Assembly: GCA_043797125.1 (NCBI GenBank)
Contig: JAZDPX010000023.1
Coordinates: forward strand, 3,098-67,097
DNA length: 64,000 bases
Direction of reading: 5' to 3'
Source of the DNA: Candidatus Omnitrophota bacterium
GTDB taxonomy: Bacteria; Omnitrophota; Gorgyraeia; JABMRG01; JAFGKX01
The notes under the pieces were generated by a model. It was given only the letters and a program-made list of their open reading frames with translations. It was not told the DNA's origin and made no database searches. Shown here piece by piece: positions 18,893 through 28,134 of the stretch (position 1 is the first letter of the stretch; each line of letters opens with the position of its first letter). The position numbers and the translations under genes were made by a program.

Positions 18893-20032
18893 ATGAAGAT
18901 CGCTTTTATAGTTCATGACGTTAGTGATTTTAGGGGGCATGACAGATATACCGCCGAATTAATAAGGCATTTTTGTCATGAGCATGAAATTTCCATATTT
19001 ACCGCTAACCTTTTTGGCATCGACAGTGACAAGGTTAAATTTTATAAATGCCCCTACTTTAAATCACCCGTTCTGCTTAAGATAATTACATTTTTTATAA
19101 CTTCATATTTTAGGCTTTTATTTAAAAAAAGAGAGGGCTACGACTTAATCCATATGCAGGGTGTATGCACGCTACCACCGAAAAATACGATTATTACAGC
19201 TCATTTTTGCGCAGCTAGTTATTATAGATTATATAAAAAATATGTATTTAATCGCATAACGCCACTGCGAAAACTTTATCAATATATTTATCTTAAAACG
19301 TGTATATTATTAGAGATGTGGGTGCTATGTAGCAAAAACATTAAGAAAATAATAGCACCTTGTGAAAGCGTAAAAAAGGAAATTATCAAATATTATAAGA
19401 TTGATCCGGATAAAATTATAGTTTTGTATGAAGGGGTTGATACAGAAATATTTAAGCCTTATGTCAACACAGGACATAAAACCAAAGAAAAAAAGCAAAT
19501 GTATCTAATAGGTGACTGCGAGAGAAATAGTCTTTTTCACGTCCTCAGGGCTTTAAGGCACACGAAAGAGGTAACCCTTACTGTTATAGGCAGCCGCTCT
19601 GTCGAATATTATAAGGAGCTGGTTTTTAAACTTGGAATTGCAGATAGGGTAATATTTGAGGAAGGCAAGAAACAGATGTCCTCTATTTTTGCCGTATGTG
19701 ATATTTTTATATGCACTTCCATCTACGAGACCTTTGGCCTTACTGCATTAGAAGCCATTTCCTGCGGTATCCCTACCCTGCTAAGTAGGCTAACCGGTGT
19801 TTCTGAATTGGTTGAGGACGGAAAAAACGCGGTCTTGATTAACGACCCTGCGGATGAAGACGAAATCGCCAGCAAAATAAACTTACTTTTAGAAAACGCG
19901 GCCCTGATGAAGAATCTATCAGAAGGCGCGAGAGAATTAGCTCTATTGCATACGTGGGATAAAGTTGCCGCAGAAACCTTCGGCGTATATAAAAAGGTTT
20001 TAGAGAATAGAAATGTGGGTAAGGATATTTAA
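18893..20032 (+). CDS. family 4 glycosyltransferase
   Basis: GT-B C-terminal ETFGLTALEAISCGIPTL motif. Confidence 0.65.
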   Translation: MKIAFIVHDVSDFRGHDRYTAELIRHFCHEHEISIFTANLFGIDSDKVKFYKCPYFKSPVLLKIITFFITSYFRLLFKKREGYDLIHMQGVCTLPPKNTIITAHFCAASYYRLYKKYVFNRITPLRKLYQYIYLKTCILLEMWVLCSKNIKKIIAPCESVKKEIIKYYKIDPDKIIVLYEGVDTEIFKPYVNTGHKTKEKKQMYLIGDCERNSLFHVLRALRHTKEVTLTVIGSRSVEYYKELVFKLGIADRVIFEEGKKQMSSIFAVCDIFICTSIYETFGLTALEAISCGIPTLLSRLTGVSELVEDGKNAVLINDPADEDEIASKINLLLENAALMKNLSEGARELALLHTWDKVAAETFGVYKKVLENRNVGKDI

Positions 20033-21062
20033 AAATATTAAATCCGAATATAATCCGAGCATGCACGTCTACGCGCAGCAGCTTTTAAAATATATGCCCT
20101 CCAATGTCGATGACTTTTCCGTCAAAGCAAAGAATTACCATTTTTTGAGATATTACTTTGCCAAAGAATTCGTTTATCCTAAGGAAGCCGCTAAAAATCA
20201 GGCGGATGTAAATCATATAAGCGACCACAGCTATTCAGGCCTGTTAAGAGGATTAGATCCAGAAAAAACAGCGGTTACCTGCCACGACATAATTCCGCTA
20301 ATAGACATAGGCGCAATCTCGTGGTTGGGGAAAAAAAGATTTTGGTTTAATGTAAAACTTATGCCGAAGGCAAAAAAGATTATCGCTGTTTCTGAATTTA
20401 CGAAAGGCTTAGTATTAGAAAAGTTTAGAAATATAAGTAGAGATAAAATATCTGTCATTCCTTACGGCGTGGATGAAACGTTCAGGCCTGTTGAGCAAAA
20501 AGAGGCCTTAAGGCAAAAATATAACATCAGCAAAAAGTCGGTTTTGCACGTAGGCAGTTCGTATCCGCGCAAGAATGTCGAATTAATTTTGGAAATATTG
20601 ACCAAAAGAAAGGATTGGCAGTTCGTGAAAGTCGGGCCCTTTAGCAAAAGGCAGTGTTCTTATATAAGGAAGAATAACCTGAACAAAAGAATTTTACATT
20701 TTCCTCGCATAGATTTAAACGAAAGAGAGAAACTAACCGAAGTATACAACAGTGTTTCTGTTCTAGCATACCCTTCTTTTTATGAAGGGTTCGGGATGCC
20801 GGTTTTGGAAGCCATGGCCTGTGGTTGCCCCGTTGTGTGTTCTGATATACCTCCGTTTTTTGAAATAGCAGAAGGTTCAGCGGTTTTTGTAGACCCGAAA
20901 AACGCAAAATTGTTTGAACATTCTGTCGATAAAATATTTGAAGATGCAGAGTTTAGGCTGCGTAGTATTCAAGAAGGTTTTTGCAAGGCAAAACACTACA
21001 GCTGGAAGGATTCTGCTGAAAAAACGTATAAGATATATGAAGAAATTTATAGAGCGGAATAA
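20013..21062 (+). CDS. family 4 glycosyltransferase
   Basis: EGFGMPVLEAMACGCPVVCSDIPPFFEIAEG (GT4 EX7E region). Confidence 0.65.
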   Translation: MWVRIFKNIKSEYNPSMHVYAQQLLKYMPSNVDDFSVKAKNYHFLRYYFAKEFVYPKEAAKNQADVNHISDHSYSGLLRGLDPEKTAVTCHDIIPLIDIGAISWLGKKRFWFNVKLMPKAKKIIAVSEFTKGLVLEKFRNISRDKISVIPYGVDETFRPVEQKEALRQKYNISKKSVLHVGSSYPRKNVELILEILTKRKDWQFVKVGPFSKRQCSYIRKNNLNKRILHFPRIDLNEREKLTEVYNSVSVLAYPSFYEGFGMPVLEAMACGCPVVCSDIPPFFEIAEGSAVFVDPKNAKLFEHSVDKIFEDAEFRLRSIQEGFCKAKHYSWKDSAEKTYKIYEEIYRAE

Positions 21063-21069
21063 ATACTCA

Positions 21070-22575
21070 ATGTTAGCTATTTTAATCATAGCCCTTATTT
21101 ACCATATTTTTTCTATAATTACAGCGCCGGTCAGTTCGTTTTATCGGTCAGACGAACCTTTTTACGCGTGTATAACTAAATCTTTAGCCAGCGGCGAAGG
21201 CAATAAGGCAATATATACATCAGGTAATCCAGCTTATAAAAAATATCCGCCAGTTTATCCTTTTATGCTTTCTTTGTTATGGCGTATTTCTCCAAATTTT
21301 CCCGAGAATATGTTTTTACTGAGGCAGCTTAATATCTGCCTGGGGCTGCTTATTATTTTTTTGTATTTTTCCCTTTTGAAGAAATGGCTTAATTCGAGTT
21401 TAAAGGTTTTCTTAGTCCTGCTTCTTTTCGTCAGCAATCCTTTTTTTATTATGTTTTCAAACTCCATCCTTAGCGATGTGCTATATATGTTGTTACTCTT
21501 ACTGTTATTTTACAAAATTGAGGATTATAAGAAAGGAAAGGTTTTTTTGCTAATTACTGCATTAGCGCTTATTTTATTTTTTACGCGCACTTTAGGTTTA
21601 GTAGTGGCAGGTTCTATTGGCGCAGTTTTTTTATTGAAAAAAGATTTTAAAAGAGCCGGTTATTTTTCTGCAGCCGTTTTCCCCTGCATTCTTGCATGGC
21701 TTATTTATACAAATTCAGGAGATGGATATGGGTACATTAATGAATTCCTGTCACATCATCATAATCTTTTAGAATTTTATTTTACAATAGCGCACAACTT
21801 AAGGGACGTATGCGTACGCACTCTGCCTCTGAACGTTTTCCCGGCTTTGCAAAGCAAAACAATTTTGGGATTTTTTATCGAGAATAACCTTATTTTTCTA
21901 CATAGATTTTTTTGCGTGGTGCTTTCTTTCGTTGTTATATTTGGCTGTTATGCGTTTCTTAGAAAAAACAGGTCCCATTTTTTAACGCTCTACGTAATTT
22001 TTTATGCTGCAATCTTAATTTTCTGGCGCTGGGATTCCACACGATATGTTTTTGGCCTTCTTCCGTTTCTATATGTATTTCTTTTTTCCGGAATAGGAAA
22101 ACTGTTTTCAAAAACATGGATCACTGTTCTTGTTTTCGTTGTTATACTCACTGGAAATTTAAAAAGAGATGTCCATATGTTAATTGATGTAAAGCAATAT
22201 GGTCATCCGACAGGCAAGTGCGTGGCCGATGGCTGGAAAAAAGACAGCTGCCTTTTAGATTGGATAAAGAGAAATACGGACAAGGATGAAATCTTAGCTA
22301 GCACGCCTCGGTATATAGAGTATTATCTTTATTGCGAAAGAAGGACAGTTGATTATACCTGCAGAGAAGGTGAAAACCTCGGTTTTTACATAAAGCACAA
22401 TGTTAGATATATAATTCAGCATCCCTACGAAGATGTTTTGACTTCGGAAGATATAGGCATAACAAAGATGGAACGGTTTAGGCAGAAATATCCCGAGAAT
22501 ATAAAATTAGTTTTTAAATGCGAAGATTCCAGGTATGCTGTCTATGAAATTATACACAAAGAGGGGGCGCTATGA
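21070..22575 (+). CDS. polytopic integral membrane protein (GT-C / ArnT-PMT-like glycosyltransferase candidate)
   Basis: ~12 hydrophobic segments. The start is moved to ATG 21070 (MLAILIIALIYHIF) because the track ORF 20914 start overlaps the upstream GT4 gene by ~150 nt. Confidence 0.5.
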   Translation: MLAILIIALIYHIFSIITAPVSSFYRSDEPFYACITKSLASGEGNKAIYTSGNPAYKKYPPVYPFMLSLLWRISPNFPENMFLLRQLNICLGLLIIFLYFSLLKKWLNSSLKVFLVLLLFVSNPFFIMFSNSILSDVLYMLLLLLLFYKIEDYKKGKVFLLITALALILFFTRTLGLVVAGSIGAVFLLKKDFKRAGYFSAAVFPCILAWLIYTNSGDGYGYINEFLSHHHNLLEFYFTIAHNLRDVCVRTLPLNVFPALQSKTILGFFIENNLIFLHRFFCVVLSFVVIFGCYAFLRKNRSHFLTLYVIFYAAILIFWRWDSTRYVFGLLPFLYVFLFSGIGKLFSKTWITVLVFVVILTGNLKRDVHMLIDVKQYGHPTGKCVADGWKKDSCLLDWIKRNTDKDEILASTPRYIEYYLYCERRTVDYTCREGENLGFYIKHNVRYIIQHPYEDVLTSEDIGITKMERFRQKYPENIKLVFKCEDSRYAVYEIIHKEGAL

Positions 22576-23591
22576 TAAATATAGGCATTATAGGTTGTGG
22601 AGAGTGGGGCCCTAACCACTTAAGGGTTTTTTCGCAGCTGCATAATTCGTGTGTACGGATGGCCGCTGACCTAAACAGCGTAAGGCTTGAGTCGATGCAG
22701 AAGCTGTATCCAAACACCATATTTACTAAAGATTACAAAGAGATTTTGGATAATGATGCAATTGATGCAGTTTGTATAGCGGTTCCTACCTCTGCGCATT
22801 ATAGAATCGCAAGGGAGGCATTATCGCGAGGAAAACATGTTTTATGCGAAAAACCATTAGCATTAAAAATTGGGCATTGTGAGGATTTAATCAAAATTGC
22901 AGGAAAAAAGAAACTTATATTGATGGTAGGATATATATATCTGTTTAACGAGAGCATTAGAAAAATTAAAGATTATATAGACCAAGGAAAACTAGGAGAC
23001 ATTCAGTATATGCACTCGGAAAGGGCAAATCTTGGTCCGTTCCGTTATGATATAAATGCCCTTTGGGATTTAGCTCCGCACGATGTTTCTATCTTTAACT
23101 ATCTTTTAGGCTCTATGCCTATTGAAGTTTCAGCATGCGGCGCTAAGTATTTATTTAAAGACAGAGAAGATTTGGCGTTTATCACCTTGAGGTATAAAAA
23201 CAATGTTACTGTGAATATACATGTTAGCTGGTTAAGCCCCAGAAAGGTTAGGGATATAACAATCATAGGAGACGAAAAAATGCTTGTCTTTAATGATATA
23301 GACGAAAAAATCCCTATTATGATTTATAACAAACATGTAGAAAAAACAAAGAAATATTATAGTACATTTAAAGAATTTTTGATTTTAGCTAAATGGGGCA
23401 GGACAATAAGGCCAGCAATAAAGATATCAGAGCCGCTCTTAGTGCAGGATTTATATTTCTTAGAGTCCATAAGAAACAAGGAACAGCCTGAGATAGCGAA
23501 TGGCGAGTTCGCATTAAATGTAACAAAAATTTTAATTGATATTCAAAAATCAATGGATAAAAATGGTACGCCGATAAAAATTATTAAATGA
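22572..23591 (+). CDS. Gfo/Idh/MocA-family NAD(P)-dependent oxidoreductase (NDP-sugar dehydrogenase candidate)
   Basis: INIGIIGCGEWG Rossmann N-terminus and EKPLA motif typical of the family. Confidence 0.7.
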   Translation: MINIGIIGCGEWGPNHLRVFSQLHNSCVRMAADLNSVRLESMQKLYPNTIFTKDYKEILDNDAIDAVCIAVPTSAHYRIAREALSRGKHVLCEKPLALKIGHCEDLIKIAGKKKLILMVGYIYLFNESIRKIKDYIDQGKLGDIQYMHSERANLGPFRYDINALWDLAPHDVSIFNYLLGSMPIEVSACGAKYLFKDREDLAFITLRYKNNVTVNIHVSWLSPRKVRDITIIGDEKMLVFNDIDEKIPIMIYNKHVEKTKKYYSTFKEFLILAKWGRTIRPAIKISEPLLVQDLYFLESIRNKEQPEIANGEFALNVTKILIDIQKSMDKNGTPIKIIK

Positions 23592-23628
23592 CGCAAAAGA
23601 AACAATAAAGCGTCAAAAGAGGGATCAT

Positions 23629-24780
23629 ATGGCTTATAAAGTAATACTTCCTAAATTAGGAACTAATGCCGAAAGGGCAACTGTAGTTTCGTGGCTTAAA
23701 AAAGAAGGCGAGAGTGTGTTAAAAAATGAGGTGTTAGCAGAGGTAAGTACGGATAAGGCAACATTTGAAGTGGAAGCAGAATATAGTGGTATATTAAGAA
23801 AGATTTTATGCCCGGTTGATTCCGAGATTGATATTACAAAAACCATTGCCATCATAGCAGAGCCAGGAGAAGATATAACCGAAATAGAAGAGCAGGTGAA
23901 AAAAGAAAAGGCTGACACGGCTCAGCAGTTTGCTAAACAGGTCTGGAGAATCTGGTTTGAAGGCAAAGCCCAGCCAAGCGTTAAGTTATCAGAACCGAAT
24001 ATTAGAATGTCTCCCGCCGCAAGGGAATTAGCCAGAACCAAAAATATAGATTTGGAAACATTAACTACGCACTACAGAAATAAAAAGGAAACACTTGAGG
24101 TTAAAGATATAGTTAATTTTATCGACTCTGAAAAAATAGTTGTCTACGGTGCAGGCCTTGGTCTAAAACAGGCTTTGGAAATAATACGCAATTATTACGA
24201 TATTAAAATAGTGGGCCTGATCGATGATAACCCTGAGCTGAAAAACAAAATCATCTGCGGTTATAAGGTGTTAGGAGGATTTGATGACCTTGCAAAAGCC
24301 TACAAAAATCAAGAGTTCTCAGGCGTGGCATTATCATTTCATTCCGAAACAAGAAGAAAAATTTTTATAAAGCTAAAAAATGAAATACCGCAGATTCGTA
24401 TAAAAACCCTTATAGACTCAAAGGCCATTGTTTCTCCAGACGCAGAAATAGGGGACGGTGTATTTATTGAGGCCGGTACCATAATAGGCCCCGGAGTAAA
24501 AATAGGAGATGGCTCAGTAATAGACTTAGGCGCTGTTGTTTGCCATGATTGTTTCATAGGAGAGTTTTCGCATCTCTCCCCAGGTTGCGTGCTATCAGGG
24601 ATAGTTTGCTTAAAAGAAAATGTTTTGATAGGTGCCGGGGCCAGCGTTAATTCCACCGTAACTATAGGGAAAAATGTAATTATTACTCCTGGGTCAGCGG
24701 TTATGAACGATGTGCAAGACAAAACAATAGTTAATGGCATACCGGCAGTAGTTATAGGAGAGAGCAGGCGTGGAGAATGA
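23629..24780 (+). CDS. lipoyl-domain / E3-binding (PSBD) domain / NeuD-PglD-type hexapeptide sugar N-acyltransferase fusion protein
   Basis: N-terminal EVSTDKATFEVEAEYSGIL has the lipoyl-lysine TDKA signature. MSPAARELARTKNIDLETL matches the peripheral-subunit-binding domain. The C-terminal ~210 aa have a NeuD-like Rossmann half (KIVVYGAGLGLKQ) and a left-handed beta-helix hexapeptide half. Confidence 0.7.
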   Translation: MAYKVILPKLGTNAERATVVSWLKKEGESVLKNEVLAEVSTDKATFEVEAEYSGILRKILCPVDSEIDITKTIAIIAEPGEDITEIEEQVKKEKADTAQQFAKQVWRIWFEGKAQPSVKLSEPNIRMSPAARELARTKNIDLETLTTHYRNKKETLEVKDIVNFIDSEKIVVYGAGLGLKQALEIIRNYYDIKIVGLIDDNPELKNKIICGYKVLGGFDDLAKAYKNQEFSGVALSFHSETRRKIFIKLKNEIPQIRIKTLIDSKAIVSPDAEIGDGVFIEAGTIIGPGVKIGDGSVIDLGAVVCHDCFIGEFSHLSPGCVLSGIVCLKENVLIGAGASVNSTVTIGKNVIITPGSAVMNDVQDKTIVNGIPAVVIGESRRGE

Positions 24781-25708
24781 TGTCCAGATTAATTTAAAAT
24801 ATTTTTCAAAAATGCTTCTTATAAGGTATTTTGAGGAGAAAATTGACTGGCTGTTTAGCCGCGATATGCTTGCAGGAACAGCGCACCTATGCATCGGCCA
24901 GGAAGCAGTAGCGGTGGGAGCTGTATCAGCAATCAATTCAGATGATTTTGTTATCAGCACCCACAGGGGGCATGGGCATTTATTGGCAAAAGGAGCAGAC
25001 CCAAAGCTCCTTTTTTGCGAAATAATGGGCAAAGAGACGGGGTATTGCAAAGGTAGGGGCGGAACGCAGCATCTCTGCGTAAGGGATATTAACTTTTTGG
25101 GCACAAACGGCATAACGGGTGGCGGCATGCCTATTGCAACTGGAGTTGGCATGGCTTTAAAATTACAGAAAAGACAACAAGTAGTCTTATGTTTTTTCGG
25201 AGACGGAGCTGCTAACCAGGGCACATTCCATGAATCTTTAAATATGGCAAGCATATGGAAAGTGCCGGTCGTATATATTTGCGAAAATAACTTGTATGCT
25301 ATGTCAGTATCTGTAAAAGAATCGATGAATATAACAGATATAGCTGTGCGAGCTGGAAGCTATGGCATACCCGGCGAAATAGTTGACGGCATGGATGTGG
25401 TAAAGGTGAAAAGTTTAGTAGCAGCTGCTGTGCAACGCGCCAGGGAAGGGGAGGGCCCGACTTTAATCGAAGCAAAAACTTACAGATTTTGCGGACACTC
25501 TAAGAGCGATGCGCAAACATATCGCTCAAAAGAAGAAAAGGAATTATGGAAAATGAGGGATCCTTTGACAACACTCGAAAACAATCTTATTAGCAGCGGA
25601 TTAAACGCGCAGACTTTAAATTCTTTAAAAGAAAAAGCCAAAAGCGCCATAGAGGAATCTTATAATTTTGCAGTATCAGATACCCTCCGCAACAACGAGA
25701 AAATATGA
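24770..25708 (+). CDS. 2-oxoacid dehydrogenase E1 alpha-subunit homolog (TPP-binding)
   Basis: HLCIGQEAV, HRGHGH, GDGAANQG and CENNLYAMS motifs. Second E1-alpha paralog in the window. Confidence 0.75.
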   Translation: MENDVQINLKYFSKMLLIRYFEEKIDWLFSRDMLAGTAHLCIGQEAVAVGAVSAINSDDFVISTHRGHGHLLAKGADPKLLFCEIMGKETGYCKGRGGTQHLCVRDINFLGTNGITGGGMPIATGVGMALKLQKRQQVVLCFFGDGAANQGTFHESLNMASIWKVPVVYICENNLYAMSVSVKESMNITDIAVRAGSYGIPGEIVDGMDVVKVKSLVAAAVQRAREGEGPTLIEAKTYRFCGHSKSDAQTYRSKEEKELWKMRDPLTTLENNLISSGLNAQTLNSLKEKAKSAIEESYNFAVSDTLRNNEKI

Positions 25709-26679
25709 AGACAATAACTTACGGCCAGGCAATAAATGAAGCATTATATGAGGAAATGCAAAGAGACAGTGCAGTTGTCCTTTTGGGCGAGGATATTACG
25801 ATTTACGGTGGGGCATTCGGCGTTACTAAGGACCTATGGAAGATTTTTGGAAAAGATAGAGTTATAAATACCCCAATATCTGAAAATAGTTTCGTCGGCG
25901 CAGCCACAGGAATGGCGATGATGGGGTTGCGCCCCGTAGTTGAGATTATGTTTATGGATTTTATAACATTAGCGTGCGATCAAATCATCAACCAAGCTGC
26001 AAAATTACCCTATCTTTATGCCGGTCAAGTAAGCGTACCGATGGTCATACGTACGCCAGCAGGTGCAGGCAGAGGCTATGGCGCTAGCCACTCGCAAAGC
26101 TTAGAGCGCCTATTTATGGGGATACCAGGCATAAAAATAGTCTCTCCTTATACGCCTTACGAAGCAAAGGGGCTTTTAAAGTCCGCGATAAGGTCTGATA
26201 GCCTGATTATTTTCGTCGAACATAAATTATTGTATTCAAGACAGGGGCAAGTGCCTGAAACAGAATGTCTTTTAGAGATTGAGAAGGCCCAGGTTTTAAA
26301 AGAAGGCAAAGACGTTACGCTTATTTCTTATTCAAAGATGCTTGATTGCTGTCTGGAAGCGGCAGATGCGTTGTCAGGCGATGTAGACCTGGAGATTATT
26401 AATTTGCGTAGTTTGCGGCCCATAGATATCGATACTATAGCAAAATCCGTTAAGAAGACAGGGCGCGTTGTAATTGTTGAGGAAGGCCATAAGGCGGGCG
26501 GGGTAGGTTCTGAAATTTGCAGCCAGATTGCCGAAAGCTGCCTTGAATATTTGAATGGGAGAATAGTTAGAGTAGCATCCGAGGAAACGCCTATACCCTC
26601 TTCGAGGGTCCTTGAGGATGCAATATTGCCGAATAGAGACAAAATCATCGATGCCGTGAAAAAAACTTTTGTTTGGTAG
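25705..26679 (+). CDS. 2-oxoacid dehydrogenase E1 beta-subunit homolog
   Basis: MDFITLACDQIINQAAKLPYLYAG and a C-terminal transketolase-C-like domain. ATGA overlap with the alpha subunit. Confidence 0.75.
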   Translation: MKTITYGQAINEALYEEMQRDSAVVLLGEDITIYGGAFGVTKDLWKIFGKDRVINTPISENSFVGAATGMAMMGLRPVVEIMFMDFITLACDQIINQAAKLPYLYAGQVSVPMVIRTPAGAGRGYGASHSQSLERLFMGIPGIKIVSPYTPYEAKGLLKSAIRSDSLIIFVEHKLLYSRQGQVPETECLLEIEKAQVLKEGKDVTLISYSKMLDCCLEAADALSGDVDLEIINLRSLRPIDIDTIAKSVKKTGRVVIVEEGHKAGGVGSEICSQIAESCLEYLNGRIVRVASEETPIPSSRVLEDAILPNRDKIIDAVKKTFVW

Positions 26680-26694
26680 TTTGCTAAAGACAGC

Positions 26695-27405
26695 ATGAAA
26701 ATAGAAAAAAAGTTAGACGTCATAGCCAGAAATTATAAACCAGAAAAAGATTTTGATAAATATCTGATAAGGTACGGAGCGGGCTATATTATAAAAAATA
26801 TTCGCAGAACAAATGTTCTTGAAATAGGTTGCGCATCCGGGATTATGACGGATATTTTAGTGCGTAATTTCAAGAAAGTGGCCATAGTAGAGGGAGCCCA
26901 AAAATATGCTCAGCAGATGAAAAGAAAATATGGCAGCAAGATAAAATGTTACATTAGCGTAGTTGAACGTTTTGAAACAAAGGAAAAATTTGATAATATA
27001 ATTGCTGCTCATTTAATTGAGCACCTGCACAACCCCATAAAGCAGCTTAAAAGAATGAAAAAATGGTTAAAGCCAAACGGTTTTTTACACATTATTGTGC
27101 CTAATGCAAACTCACTAAATCGTTTATTCGGACTTAAGCTGGGGATTATAAGAAATGTAAACGAACTTACTCCTCGCGATATTAAACTCGGCCACAAGAG
27201 AGTATATAATAAAAAAATGTTATTTCAGCATATCAGACGGGCGGGCTTGAGCGTCGCTGAGATAAAAGGTATTTATTTAAAGCCTTTGCCTAATAATCGC
27301 ATGATAAGATATAGCAAAAAGACAATACACGCATTTTATGAAATTGGAAACATGGTGCCCAGCGATTTATGCAATGAACTGTATGCGAGGTGCGCGGTCT
27401 CATGA
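26695..27405 (+). CDS. class I SAM-dependent methyltransferase
   Basis: VLEIGCASGIMTDIL motif I. 236 aa. Confidence 0.6.
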   Translation: MKIEKKLDVIARNYKPEKDFDKYLIRYGAGYIIKNIRRTNVLEIGCASGIMTDILVRNFKKVAIVEGAQKYAQQMKRKYGSKIKCYISVVERFETKEKFDNIIAAHLIEHLHNPIKQLKRMKKWLKPNGFLHIIVPNANSLNRLFGLKLGIIRNVNELTPRDIKLGHKRVYNKKMLFQHIRRAGLSVAEIKGIYLKPLPNNRMIRYSKKTIHAFYEIGNMVPSDLCNELYARCAVS

Positions 27406-28115
27406 AATGTCTTTTAACTATGTTTTGTTATAACGAAAAAGGCAAAATTGAAAAGGTCCTTGAAAAATTCAGCGATTATGGCATCTACGATGCTGCGGTA
27501 ATGGATGATGGTTCAACAGATGGCAGCTTAGCCGATATAGGCAATTTTTTTCCCAAGGTTACCGTATTAAAGAACTCCGTTAACATGGGAGCAGGTTACA
27601 GCGTAAGAAAAGTCTTGTATTATGCCAGAGATAAGGGCTATGATGCTGCTATTTTTGTTGCCGGCAACGATAAGGACAACCCGAATGACGTCAAAAAATT
27701 AATAGCGACCATGGAAGAAGGCTTCGATTTTGTTCAGGGATCCAGGTATTTGCCGGACGGCAAATACGGTAATATGCCACTTCATAGAACAATTGGAACT
27801 AAGCTTATTCATCCCATGATTTTTTCGTTATTTACAGGAAGAAAGCTTACGGATACTACTAATGGTTTTCGTGCGGTAAAATTGTCTATTCTCGAAGATA
27901 AAAGAATTAATTTGGATCAAGAGTGGCTTGACAGATACGGACTAGAACCCTATTTGTATTATAAAGCTATTGTTTTAGGCTATAGAGTGAAGGAAGTTCC
28001 TGTTACAAAAATTTATCCTGAAGGCCAAAAGAAGTATACCAAGATGCGCCCCATAGTTGACTGGTGGAGTATTTTAAAACCTTTATTTTATTTAAAGCTA
28101 GGGATAAAAAATTAG
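27390..28115 (+). CDS. family 2 glycosyltransferase (polyprenyl-phosphate sugar synthase-like)
   Basis: MDDGSTDGS DxD region; short GT2-A protein. Sits directly upstream of a GT-C-like membrane protein. Confidence 0.6.
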   Translation: MRGLMKCLLTMFCYNEKGKIEKVLEKFSDYGIYDAAVMDDGSTDGSLADIGNFFPKVTVLKNSVNMGAGYSVRKVLYYARDKGYDAAIFVAGNDKDNPNDVKKLIATMEEGFDFVQGSRYLPDGKYGNMPLHRTIGTKLIHPMIFSLFTGRKLTDTTNGFRAVKLSILEDKRINLDQEWLDRYGLEPYLYYKAIVLGYRVKEVPVTKIYPEGQKKYTKMRPIVDWWSILKPLFYLKLGIKN

Positions 28116-28134
28116 ATTAGGACTAGATTAAGAT

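Noticed and set aside
20914-21069. Upstream 156-nt extension of the membrane protein ORF (track start 20914) overlapping the GT4 gene
   Set aside because: The extension overlaps the preceding gene by ~150 nt and encodes a non-hydrophobic, basic stretch. ATG 21070, immediately after the upstream stop, gives a typical membrane-protein N-terminus.
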